A stretch of 62,005 nucleotides of DNA, filler included, from Stramenopiles sp. TOSAG23-3 (taxonomy: Eukaryota): the NCBI GenBank assembly GCA_900128585.1. It is 12 parts of 12 records of this genome, joined end to end, with 100 filler letters (N's around TTAATTAATTAA, not from the genome) between each part and the next. Parts side by side here need not be neighbours in the genome. Positions count along the whole stretch, not along the records: positions 36,312 to 41,378 come from LT643618.1; positions 41,479 to 46,538 come from LT643619.1; positions 46,639 to 51,697 come from LT643620.1; 9 more parts are not named here. The stretch is one strand, 5' to 3'. Each line of letters begins with the position of its first letter. Within the stretch, counting starts at the first letter, position 1. Positions 36,312 to 48,110 of this stretch are shown here, one piece after another. Below the pieces are notes generated by a model that was given only the letters and a program-made list of their open reading frames with translations, was not told where the DNA came from and did not search any database. Position numbers and translations under genes: made by a program.

Positions 36312-39300
36312 CTTGTCATGCTTCGATTCGTACCCTCTTTGCATTTTTTCGTAGTTTGTTTCGTACCCCGAAATTATGGCTGGATCCTTATCTTCAATGT
36401 CACCTTCCTGTTTCTGAAGGCCATTTCTAGCTTTAAAATCTGCAACTTCCAAGGCATCTCTATTCTCTGCACTAAGAGATTCGACTTCTAGTCTTGAAAT
36501 GGTTCCAATTTTATCTCGAGACAATTCATCATCGCTGTCTTCCTGAAGAAAAGACTTAGAGTGCATCAAAACCAACGCAGTTTCATCGAAATCTTCATTT
36601 TCAATCTCTAATGTTGTAGATTCAGCACTCGGAACTGGTTTTCCCGAAGGGGATAGGGAATCGCTGTCATCATCTTTGAGAAATGACTTGGAGTGCATGG
36701 AAATAAGCGCAGTCTCCACTAAATCTTCATTATAGCTGTCTTCTTCCTCTTCAGAACTTTCTTCAGACGCACTAGGGAATGAAACATCTTCTTGGTCCTT
36801 AATTTGTTTTCGTCGATCATAGTAAGACACAAAATTTTCGTCGTTGCGCTTCGTCTTAGAATCGTGGACTCTAGCCTCTAATACCGACGAAGTGTTGAAC
36901 AGCGACTCCTCCATTTCTGCTAGACTCTTTCTTAAGGTACCGGTATCATTTTGTTCGCGGGCCAACTTTTGCTCAAGAATTTGTACTTTTCCGCTGAGGA
37001 AATTCAAATCTTTCGTCGCCTTTTCTAATTTATCTTTTGTTTCAGTCAACTCTTTGACAGTTGCTCGGTATGCATCTAACTTTGGCTGGTCTATATTTTG
37101 CAGCTCGAGCAATTTGACCGTTTCTTTTCGTTGAAGCTCTAGATCGCTTTGGGCTGCTAACAGCTCTTCGTTTGCACGCGCCAAGTAGGTTTTGAACGTA
37201 TTTGCTTCTTTTTGTAAAGCATCGTGCCTCGTGTGAGCTATCGCAAGATCCCTTTCCCTTTCCGTGAGAGTTTGCTCCACCATATTTTTGGTATGCCGCA
37301 ATTCTTCGGCTTCCTTCGCGCGCTCGGATTCTTCTTCTCTGGCAGCAGCTACTTTTTCCAATGCGCCCCGAATTTGGTTTTGCAAGTTTTCCATTTGTTT
37401 CTTATCTTCCCTCCCAGCTTCTTTCAGAACGTTTTCTGACTTTTGCAATGCCGCAAGTTCAGACTCCAATGCTATTACTGAATCATGTTTTTGTCGCATT
37501 GTCATTTGCATACCTTGGAGTTCAACATCAAACGATGAAGCAATGTTTTGGTGAGATTTTAAATCGTGAGACTGTTCCTCAAGTTTTCTAAGCAGGGTAC
37601 TTTTGTCCAGCTCATGAAGTCGCTCTTGCTCTTCCAAGCGTGTATACATTTCTGCTTTGAACTGTTTTCGGAGCTTCGCTTCCGTCACTAATTTTGCGTC
37701 AGATACGGCCACCTTTTTCTCTCTTTGCAATTCGAGAACCATATCTTCCATTGCCAACTCTGTTATTGCTGCTTGCTCCGTTTTAACTTCTTCTTTCACC
37801 TTTTCAATTTCAACTGCAACTATTTCTTTTTGATGCGCAAGTCGACTTTGTAATTCTGAATACTTTTTCTGGGCTTCGGCAAGGTTCGATAGAGTTTTGT
37901 CCAACTCAGACTTCATAAGAGCAAGCGCTTTATCCGACGTGAGTTCAACGTTCTGAACATGAGATTCAAACTGGTCTGTTAATTGCGATATTTTGTTTTC
38001 GGACGAAGTTTTTGCTTCCAAAATTGCAAATTGAACCTCTTCATCGATTATTTTTCTAGCAGCCTTCTTTTCAAGCCTTACCGCTTCGGCCACGACACTG
38101 TTGAGGGATATTTGGTTGGTATTTTCGTTCATAGAAACAGATCTTTTGATAGACTTCATGACTTCAAGGTGGCACTCAGTTTTTATTCGTGATATTTCTT
38201 CAGTAAAAACAGCCGAAGCCTCCTGTTGCGCTGATTGATATGCCGCTTCTTTAAGAGAATGGTGCATGTCTTCTTGAAGGTCTTGTTTCATTTGCTCCAT
38301 TTCTAAAACATGTGTGTGTCGTTCTCGTTCTATAGCACTTCGAAGGGAATTCTTTGACGCTGATATAGCTTGGCGTTTTGTTTCTGAAGCCTGATTTTGA
38401 ACGACTTGTATCATAACTTTTTTGTACTCAGCTACGGCATTGTCAATCCCCTGCGTAACATATTGGTCGGTGTTTTCTTTCAGATCGTTGAATTCGTCGC
38501 ATTTGCTTTGGTACTTGCGGAGAAGCTCTTCGTACTGATCCGATGAATCCGTCTCAGCAGGAACAAATTGTTTCTGCTCCTGCAATGATAACATTTCTGC
38601 TTTGTGCTGTTGTTTTAGAGCGCTGATTACATTTTTTGATATTTCATACTCTTTGCTTATACGATTCAACTGTTTTTCAATGTCAGAAGCAGGTACTACC
38701 CGGCTCTTCACAGGCGTATCTTGAGACTGCCTCTCACGAAGTTGGGTGACCAATGCCCTTTCTTGTTCCAGCTCCATAGTCAATTTTTTAACACTTACGG
38801 ACATGGAATCGTCTCCACCACCGAAAGAAGAATCTTGTAGTTTCTGACCCCAGGAGGTATTCAACGCCTCTATTTCTAACTTGTGTGATGTTTCTAATTC
38901 TTCAATTTTAATTAAATGAGATCGATTTAGGTCTCTCATCTTTGATTTAAACTCGCGTTTGGAACGCATCTGGCTAGAAGCCCCCAAATTCCCTGAACTA
39001 GTGGATACCAGCGATTGTATTTCCTGTTCTTTTTCTGCTAATTCCATTGCGTGGCTGGTTGATAAACCTGCGATGTACTCACCCTGCCGCTGTTTCAGAG
39101 CTCCCATTTTCATTGTCCATTGTTCTTCACGTTCTGCCGTCTTCTTCATCAGTGCTTCAATTTGCACAGAGAGGGCTTCTATCCTTGATTGGGCGTTTAC
39201 TAGGGACTTTTTAATGGCCAGGCCTTTTGTTTTTTCTTCCATCAACTCAGCCTTAGATCGTGACAAATCATCTTCGTGTAAGCCCTTCACTTCATGCTTT

Positions 39301-41228
39301 CGTGCAACCAAATCCGCTGCCGCTTTATCCACAGATAATGTTAACTTCAAGACACTACCCGAAGCCTGTGCTTTATGTACTCCAATATTGTGATCAATTA
39401 AATACTCAACCATCGGAAGACTTGCGCTTTGAATGAGGGAAAACAAACCACTGCCCTCGTTAACCGAAGAAACCCGATGCACCAAACTTTCTAAATTGTT
39501 CTTTGCTTTCGCAACCCAGTGCTGGTGATCCAAGACAATCTTCAACGTCTCGTGCACATCCAGCAATTTCTTTTGGTATTCCTTTTCAGATAGATCAAAT
39601 ACAACTGGATCTCCCGTAATTAACGCCAATGTTGCCCGGCTGACTTTTGAAAACGTTTTCAACACGCTGTTTAACGAGCTGGCGATGTGCTGTTCTTCCA
39701 GCTCAAAAAGGATTTCTGGACTTTTCAACAAAGAGTTGAGCATCTGAATTGCCTTGCCTGCACTCGCTTCATCTTCTCTTTCATCTGCAATGTCAAGTTC
39801 TACGCACGCAGACTTAGCCATCTGCAGATCAGACAAAGAATCGGCCTTGATTTCAGCTGCATCAGGCAAATGGGCCAACGCATCTAACGCTGCCCGCTTT
39901 AAATTGCTATCTTCCATTTGGTTTGCGCGACTCAACAATTGCTGCACGGCTTGAATTGCAGACTCCTTTGTTACCGGAAGAACGTTTCCTAGAGAACTTG
40001 CATCAACTTTGCAAATGTAATCAAGAACGATAACGGCGATCTTTGCGTTTACAGTCTCGCGCAATCGACGTGGTGCGAAAACCGCCATAGACAATGATTT
40101 TATACCGTTGGGACTACGAGTAAGGATCTGCACAAGCCTGAAGGCAAACGTTGGGTAGTCGGGTAAAAGTGAAACGACGAATCTCATTCCGTCGGCCACG
40201 AGTAGAGCCTCCCTATTATTTTCTAGTTCGCAAAATGAGTACAACGACAAAATGTAATTTTGCACAATTTTCGTATTCTTTAGCGAAACATGGGACTGTA
40301 TTTTCCTAAATAGTTCTATAGTGCGAGTTTCAGCGCCGACTCCCGAATCCAGCAATAGTTTCAGCATGCTGGTGCCATGCTTGTGGGGGTTTGAGTTCGT
40401 TTCAAGTTTACTCAGATACTCCGAGTACCGGTAAAGGCAATCTCCTGTATTTGCTAGTTTGTCTACGTCGGCACCCGAATGCACCAAATGATCCATCGAG
40501 GACAGTACGATCCCAGTGACCGCTTGGTTGGTTACATATAGTTCAAACAAATCAACGAGCAAACGAAAACAAGATGAAAAAAATCGAACATGGTTCCCAG
40601 TGTCAGCCCTTTTTTCGTTTTGTATTGTATTTGTCAGAACATCAGCCACCAATTTCCCAATTTTATCATTTGACGAGAAATTATGAATCGAATCATTCAA
40701 CACCGCAATGTAATGTTCATTTGCTAGAATAGACGCACCAGTCTCTACCATCGAAATTTTCGAAAGGGACGAAAGGGCGAGGATCACAATTTGCTTATCG
40801 TCTGAGTGATCGGTTATTGCATTAATTATGTTAACAACCCCCCCAGCAGCAACGACCTCTTCTATATTGTCGGGCCCTTTGGAAACTTTCTGAAGAAGAG
40901 TCCCAAGAAGATACCTGGTGCTGTTTTTTCCAGTCCCCACACTATTTCGGTGTTTCTTCCTTTTCAAGTTTCCAACAATAGACGCTGAAGAAAGCGTGAC
41001 AGAAGACGGTTGCGTCGAAGCATTATTATTTGCTTTTTTGCTTGAGTCAAAAAGAGTCGATTCATTGGTTTTCAAATCACTCTTTCGTAGGCCACTAGAC
41101 GAGCTTGAATTCGATTCTTTCGAGGAGGAAGAAGTGCTGGACCCGTTGATGTTATTTTTATCTGGCGACAAAACAATGTCGTCCAAACTAAACTCACTGT
41201 CGTCCGCAAGCTTTGGGCTTTGTGCCAT
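36312..41228 (-). CDS. Large protein with N-terminal ARM/HEAT-like helices and long coiled coil, 3'-truncated
   Basis: More than 1600 codons open; VAAGGV..II.AI..H ARM-like motif; heptad-rich remainder. Confidence 0.8.
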
Positions 41229-41989
41229 CCTTGGTCTAGTTTGTCTTACAGCAGTAGGACTCTTCTTATGCGGGCATACTCTCTCTCCGTGCTGAGACCG
41301 AAATTAGTTATTAAAAAGAATGTGGCGCTGTTCCTGTATTCAGGGCGTTAAAAAGTGTAAAGGAGGAATTGAACGGTANNNNNNNNNNNNNNNNNNNNNN
41401 NNNNNNNNNNNNNNNNNNNNNNTTAATTAATTAANNNNNNNNNNNNNNNNNNNNNNNNNNNNNNNNNNNNNNNNNNNNCACTCTTAGCTAAGGTAGATAC
41501 CCCAATCCCTCGCTAATCGCCAATTACCAATTAAAAGATATATTTATATCAACAAAAATTAAGTTACGAAAAGTAAGTTACGAATTAAACAATGGAAAGT
41601 CCATCTACTAAAACATATTTAATCTTTTTTTCTCCGTCCGTCCTTCGTCCGTAAAAAACAACAACAACACCAACACAACAAGAGAGAAGAAGAAAGAAAA
41701 GAAAGAAAAAGAAGAATAATAAAATTAAAAAAATATTAATAATAATATTTCGAGATGATAAAATTACTTTATTATTATTATTATAAATGGAAGGATTGTT
41801 TTCTTTAAGAAATTGTTTTTTATAACTTTGTTAAATGCATTTGGTTTATATATTCTGTGCAAGATAGTAGTTGTTTGTTCCCCACCCTTCTTTGCTTTCC
41901 GTTTGTGCTGACTGACAACAATATAACTTTTCTATAGGATATATTATATACGAATAGTGGACCACCGCAGTATCCTGTACGAAACCACC

Positions 41990-42568
41990 ATGGCGGAAGC
42001 GATTAAAAAGATATGCTGCAAGTGTTTCAAAGGCAAGAAGGACAAGGTGGACGAGGGGAATGCTTATGGGGGTGGTTTTAGCGATGGCGACGACAACGAT
42101 GATTGGGGGAATGAAGGTTGGGATGACGTGGAGTCGGGAAAGAGCAGCAATAGTATGACAAGCCGTGGGGACAGCAGCCCGTTGCTTGTTGGGAGAAAGA
42201 CCGTGGCGTCCTCGAACTCGTCGCAGCAGCAGGCCGCAGGCCAACCGTACCGCAGTAGCAGCGCGTCGAACAAAAGCAGTCGAAGGAACACGAAAACGCG
42301 CACCCGTGGAATATACTCGTTGTCGAAGGGCAACAGCATCAAATCGGACAAGGCCAAGGTGGTGGTTCGACAGAACAAGCTTGTGCACAAGAAAGCAGAA
42401 GATATTTTTGGCTCTTTGGGAATGGACAGGAAGGAAATGTCGAAACAGACGAAGATGCGAGTGTCCAAGCCCTCCGCGATGCAGAACGTCAAGAACATTT
42501 CGTCCAGGTTTCAAGAGGAAGACGAGGATGATGCTGAGGAGGAGGTTGGCGAAGGGTGGGACGAGTAG
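41990..42568 (+). CDS. Small disordered protein with N-terminal Cys cluster
   Basis: ACCACCATGG start context; KKICCKCF (possible palmitoylation); acidic W-D motifs. Confidence 0.7.
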   Translation: MAEAIKKICCKCFKGKKDKVDEGNAYGGGFSDGDDNDDWGNEGWDDVESGKSSNSMTSRGDSSPLLVGRKTVASSNSSQQQAAGQPYRSSSASNKSSRRNTKTRTRGIYSLSKGNSIKSDKAKVVVRQNKLVHKKAEDIFGSLGMDRKEMSKQTKMRVSKPSAMQNVKNISSRFQEEDEDDAEEEVGEGWDE

Positions 42569-42786
42569 GGCCTGATCCATTCATGCACATATTTTTCAGA
42601 AAGTTCCACAAACAATTTTTTCTCGCTGTGTTTTTTGAAAGCTAGGGTCACACGCGCGTGTAAATTTATCAACGTTTAGATATTTTAAAAGAAAAAGTAT
42701 ATTTCACTAATTTCAATCGTGACACGTAAGAATGATACATTTCGGCACAGACTTATATTTCTGCCCACATCTCCCCACTCCCCTGC

Positions 42787-43392
42787 CTACAACGAGGAGT
42801 CCTGTTGGCTGATGGCCTTTCTATGACTGTTTTCAATCGTTTCGTAATCGAACAATTGCTTTGCGTAAATCGCGTACACGGCACCCGCGCAGTCCAGCAA
42901 ACAGTTGATCCCGTACAGGATCGAATGGTCCCTCGCGGTGTCGACCATCATGAAGGCAATCTTCTCGCAGTCCGGCATCCCCGGGCCGACCGCGGACGCT
43001 GCGGCCTCCAAGACAGGGACCTCCAGGCCCGTCAGTATACCAGTGAGACCAATCATGAACGCGAAAACCATCATGGTCATGCCGTACACCCGGCAGTAGT
43101 GCTTGCTCTTAAACACGGCGGCGTACAGGCCAATGCAAATGGTCCCCAGCCCGGCCATGAGCAGAAAAATGTCCCGTCCCTTCAAACCACCCAACAGCCT
43201 ACACCGGTTGCAGTCCACTTCAATACCCGAACCCGCGGGCAGACGGATCTCACACTCCGCCGCCCCGTGCCCAACGTACACCCCGATAAAGAGCAACAAG
43301 ATCTGAAACCCGCAGACGACCATCAGGCGCCGCGGGGCCGACGAAAGGTGCGACTGCAAACTTTCCACGTGGGACGCCCAGTGAGTACTCAT
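42787..43392 (-). CDS. Four-TM membrane protein (tetraspanin-like topology)
   Basis: Four hydrophobic helices with Cys in the loops. Confidence 0.7.
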   Translation of the reverse strand: MSTHWASHVESLQSHLSSAPRRLMVVCGFQILLLFIGVYVGHGAAECEIRLPAGSGIEVDCNRCRLLGGLKGRDIFLLMAGLGTICIGLYAAVFKSKHYCRVYGMTMMVFAFMIGLTGILTGLEVPVLEAAASAVGPGMPDCEKIAFMMVDTARDHSILYGINCLLDCAGAVYAIYAKQLFDYETIENSHRKAISQQDSSL

Positions 43393-43639
43393 TGTTCCAG
43401 TAGGCACAAAGACAGAACTAAATAATAACGATTATATAAATACCGACACAGTCGATGGATGGAGAGAGGGATAAAAATGGATGAGAAAACAAAATCAGAA
43501 AGATGAAGAAAAATAATCTCTTTCTAAAAAGAAACAATCAATTCTATATAAATATATACATAAAAACACATAATCATCTCATAAAATAATATATCTCCTC
43601 ATTTTTTTATAATTGATTGATATTATTAATAATATTTTT

Positions 43640-43826
43640 ATTCTCTTCTTTTCTTCTTCTTTTTTTATTTCTTCTTCTTTCTTTTTCTTCTTCTTTCTTC
43701 TTTTATTTCTTCTTTTATTTCTTCTTTTATTTCTTCTTCTTTTATTTCTTCTTTTTCTTTCTTCTTCTTTCTTTTTCTTCTTTTATTTCTTCTTTTATTT
43801 CTTTTTCTTCCTTCTTTCTTCTTGTT
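43640..43826. repeat. Pyrimidine-rich (TTC)n / (TTCTTCTTTTAT)n tract
   Basis: Direct reading. Confidence 0.9.
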
Positions 43827-44220
43827 GAACCTTCTTCTCTATTTTAATATTATACTGTGATGATGCTATTGTGGAATATTGGATTCTGTTTGATAATATA
43901 TGTATGGTATGTGGTGTTCTTCTTATTATTATTATTATTAGAATACATTGTTTTATACTTATTATTATTCAGATTAAAAAGGGGAAAAGAAAGTCAGTTC
44001 TTCTTCCACATACAATAATTATATTGTTTGTTTTATTATTATGCTTTTTATACTATACTTCTGAATATCTTTCACTCAACAAGTTATACAACCAAAGGAC
44101 AGGGGAAACGTTTGGATATTTATACAGCCATTTCCGTCCCTTCTTTCTTTGCATAGAACACCATCATTGTTCCTATTTCATTTGTAACACACACACACGG
44201 ACCGTTTTGGTTAGGGCATC

Positions 44221-45639
44221 ATGGACAAACGGCCGTTGCTGTCAGCGGGGCACTACTCGACAACGGGGGACGAAAAGGAAGCGGCCGACGCCACGCCCGC
44301 AGCGAAGGAGCAGGCAACGGTAACGACGAGAATCTCAAAGTACGCTAGCAAAAAGATCAAGGCGTTGACACTCTTCGGGATCATATGCGTCGTGTACACG
44401 CACTCGTACAATGGTTACCCTCGGATCGTGTACGCGGACTCGACGTACAACCCCGCTGACGTCTCGACGGCGTTCCAGTACATGTGCGTGGGAGGGCTCT
44501 TGCGGTTTGCGGTTCCGATGTTTTTCATGTTCTCAGGCTTCCTTTTTTTCATACACAAACCGGTAGACATGCACAGGTTTCAGTTTGGGAGAAGGATCAA
44601 AGGCCGCGTCAAGAGCGTCCTTGCGCCGTACCTAGCGTGGAACGTCATTGCCTTTGGTCTCGTCTTCCTGGTCCTTCAAGTAGGCGTCGTTGCGGAACGG
44701 TGGCCGTGGCTCAAAGGGGACATTTTACACCCGGGGGCGCTGTTTCCCGCGTACAAAGTGCTGTACCCGATCCCCTACCCGCTGTGGTACTTGAGGGATC
44801 TGTTCGTCCTGGTGTTGATGACCCCGCTGTTTTACTGGCTGGACAGAAAGAACATGCTGCAGATCTACATCGGGCTCGTCTCGATTCCCTGGTTCTTGAA
44901 CAAGTGGCCGTTGGTGATGATTGCCGACCTGTGCGGAGGGTGGTTGCCGAAGCTGTACATCCTCGACTTTGACGGGCTCCTTTTCTTTCCCATCGGCGCG
45001 TGGCTGTCCCTCCACCGCGTGGACATAGACCGAAGGCTGTCGCCCAGGACGATCCTGTTGACCCTCGTGCTGCCTTTCGTTTGCGCGAACGTCGCAAAGG
45101 TTGTCCTTGCAACGTACGACTACGCCCCGTTTCTTCGCGTCGCGCTGTTCAAGACTGGGACGCCCTTCGGCATTCTTTCCGTGTGGTTCATGTACGATTT
45201 TGTGCTGGTCGGAGAGCAGTTTCAGCAAGGACGGTTCCGGGACGCTGTAAACTTCCTGTCCCAATTTCCCATGTGGATCTACTGCACCCACGAACCGTTG
45301 ATGGGGGCTCTGCTCGAAAACGTCCAGCCGATGCTCGGCTTGTGCAGAATCGACAACCTTGGCGTCCTCTCCGGAGCGCCCATGGACGTGCAGCGGTGCA
45401 CGCACACCGCATGGAACGGCCTGTTCCTGCTGTTCTACTGCATCTTTCCGATCATCTACATTGGCTGGTTGGTGGCGATAGGGTACGCGTTGACCAAAGT
45501 AAGCCCGACCCTCTTTTCGTTCCTGACTGGGGGACGGGGACCTAAAAAGAAGAAGAAGGCAGGAAGCACGCCCCCGTCGGAGAACGAGTCCGTGGAAATC
45601 ACCGGGCAGCTCCAGAAGCCCGCCACCACGGGGGTGTAG
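44221..45639 (+). CDS. Acyltransferase-3 (OafA-like) membrane acyltransferase
   Basis: IICVVYTH, RFAVPMFFMFSGFLF, R..SVL.PYL.W, PLWYLRDL, IYC.H motifs; about 10 TM helices. Confidence 0.9.
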   Translation: MDKRPLLSAGHYSTTGDEKEAADATPAAKEQATVTTRISKYASKKIKALTLFGIICVVYTHSYNGYPRIVYADSTYNPADVSTAFQYMCVGGLLRFAVPMFFMFSGFLFFIHKPVDMHRFQFGRRIKGRVKSVLAPYLAWNVIAFGLVFLVLQVGVVAERWPWLKGDILHPGALFPAYKVLYPIPYPLWYLRDLFVLVLMTPLFYWLDRKNMLQIYIGLVSIPWFLNKWPLVMIADLCGGWLPKLYILDFDGLLFFPIGAWLSLHRVDIDRRLSPRTILLTLVLPFVCANVAKVVLATYDYAPFLRVALFKTGTPFGILSVWFMYDFVLVGEQFQQGRFRDAVNFLSQFPMWIYCTHEPLMGALLENVQPMLGLCRIDNLGVLSGAPMDVQRCTHTAWNGLFLLFYCIFPIIYIGWLVAIGYALTKVSPTLFSFLTGGRGPKKKKKAGSTPPSENESVEITGQLQKPATTGV

Positions 45640-45992
45640 GACAACATGTGTGTTGGTTTGTGGGTTGGTTTTTTTTCATTTCAGAAGAAGTAGAGTATGT
45701 TAATTAAGGAAATGTATAAATGTATTTATAATAGTCAATACGATACAGAATCTATTACGGAAAGGAATTAGATTGATGGGATAAACTAAATATTTCTCTA
45801 CACGTAATCTGTGTTTGGCCTCGTATGGTACCGTACAACATTTCGTACAAACTGCAAAGGGCGTCTAATTTCCATTCTTCGCGCTCAACAGAATTCTTCT
45901 ATAAAATCTTAATAGAATAAGTACATTTATTAGTATACTATAAATTGATTCTATTATTTTTTCTAGGGGAGGCGCTGCGACGAGAGCAAGGA

Positions 45993-46097
45993 TGCAAGTA
46001 TCTTTGGCGCGGAATTGAAAAATGACCAACGACTTTGTGTTAACTGCAAGTATCTTTGGCGCGGAATTGAAAAATGACCAACGACTTTGTGTTAACT
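45993..46097. repeat. Perfect 52-bp tandem duplication
   Basis: TGCAAGTATCTTTGGCGCGGAATTGAAAAATGACCAACGACTTTGTGTTAAC starts at 45993 and again at 46045. Confidence 0.97.
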
Positions 46098-46638
46098 ACT
46101 TGAGGCAACGAGATATTTATGAAAAAAGGATAATTTAAAAACATTGAAAGTTTCAAATGCGCTTTTTGATACATAAAATTATGCGCGTACAATTCGTTTT
46201 CCCAACATCAACGTTTGAACAAGTGTTTGGTCGTGTTGCGTTTGGTCAAAATCGTTCATTTCCGAAAAAATTGTCCCCAGGAACCGAAATTCCAAGTCAA
46301 TTGAGGGCAAACAATTTATAAACGTTCGTTGAGGGCCGGGCATCGTTACTGGAACGGACGCCTGCTCTAGACATATGAAGTTAGGCGTTCTCTTCGATTT
46401 CTTTTGTCATTTTCGGGCAGAATGCTTTCATACTTTGAAAATCGAGTTGGATTTTTTTTCGCGCCACGGACACTGAACACTTTGTTGAACAGGTGTCTAT
46501 CAAAGCCTTTTACTTAAAATAAAACAACGACGGTCGTCNNNNNNNNNNNNNNNNNNNNNNNNNNNNNNNNNNNNNNNNNNNNTTAATTAATTAANNNNNN
46601 NNNNNNNNNNNNNNNNNNNNNNNNNNNNNNNNNNNNNN

Positions 46639-47413
46639 GGAAAAGATGAGGCCTGGGGGAGAGCTTCACGTGGAGAAGCCGCTCCCCCCAGGAAGCGGTA
46701 TTTTTTTCAAATTTCCCCAGCCAGAAAAGTTGGCAAGCCCGCTTATTCACATGAAAAACGTGTCGTTTGGCTACTCAAACAGCAGGAAGCTGTTTTCCGA
46801 CCAGTCCTTGAAAGTCGAAAGGGGAGCAAGGATTGGTTTGGTGGGCCCCAACGGCGCTGGAAAATCGACGTTGCTCAAGCTGTGCGTTGGCGAGCAATGG
46901 GGTGGGCTTCGACCTACCGATGGGGCAGTGGTTTCGAAAGGGAAGCTGCGGCTGGCGTGGTTTCACCAGCACTTTGTAGAGCAAGTCGACCTTGCGCTCT
47001 GCCCCCTGGAAGAAATGCGAAAGTTATTGGGCCCAAAAGTAAGCGAGCAAGAAATGCGGCGACGGCTGGGGGCGTTCGGGATCAACGCGGACCTGCAAGT
47101 CCGAAAAATAAGTCTACTTAGCGGAGGTCAAAAAGCAAGGCTTGCCCTTGCCAAGCTTGCCGCGAAAGAGCCGCACGTGTACATATTGGACGAGCCTACC
47201 AACCACTTAGACATTGAGTCTGTTGAAGGATTGGCAAAGGCTCTGGTCAATTTTCAAGGGGCGGTAATTTTTGTATCACACGACGAATCGTTCTGTCGCA
47301 CAGTGGCCACTGAGCTGTGGCATTGCGATGGAGAGCAGAAGAACATAGAGCAACTATTTTGTGGTTTCGATGGGTATAGAGAATCCGTCCAGAAGAGTTT
47401 GGAGGCAAATTGA
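46639..47413 (+). CDS. ABC-F family ATPase, second NBD (5'-truncated)
   Basis: GPNGAGKST, LSGGQKAR, ILDEPTNHLD and VSHD motifs; F.FP.P linker; no TM segments. Confidence 0.92.
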
Positions 47414-48110
47414 CTCATCATCCAATAATCAATCAATTATTTTTTTGACTGACTACTGTCTATTTTTCTTGGGTTTTTTACTAATAACGATATTTTTCAT
47501 TTTCTACAATTTTGAAGAAGAATGTTCTATGATACCGTTCAAGTTTATATTACGAAGCTCCGGGCTCCGGCGGGGGGCCCTAAATTTTAATACGAAATAT
47601 TACAAGTACTATAATTTGTATTCTTAAATAAACTTACGAATCAAATAAGTAATCACATCAGGGTGGGGAACAACAAAAAATGAAAAAAAAAGAAGAAGAA
47701 GAAAAAAAAAGTTTGCCATAAAAACATCCTATCATCTATCATCATACTGGTAAATAAATTAATATTAATAGCTATGAAATACAAGGACACAACACAACAA
47801 CAAAACAACTGAAACTCAAAATAATATAATAAAATAAAAAAAAGTAGTATAGACTATAGTCTTCTTCGTCGTCAGAAGAAGAAGTAGTATTTTATTATCC
47901 GACATAAATAAGAGAGGAGATTATTATCCCAATAGTTTTGGTGGATTTGATGCATATATATATGCATTAATCCAAAAAAAAGTTTCTATCTTTCTTCCTG
48001 TCTTCTTCTTCTCCCCATTTAGTCCACGATAGCCCGAAACCTTCGTGTCTTATTTTGTCGTTGGTTACTGTTGGGCGTATTAATTCCTTAGGGAAGCCGC
48101 TTGACCCTAT

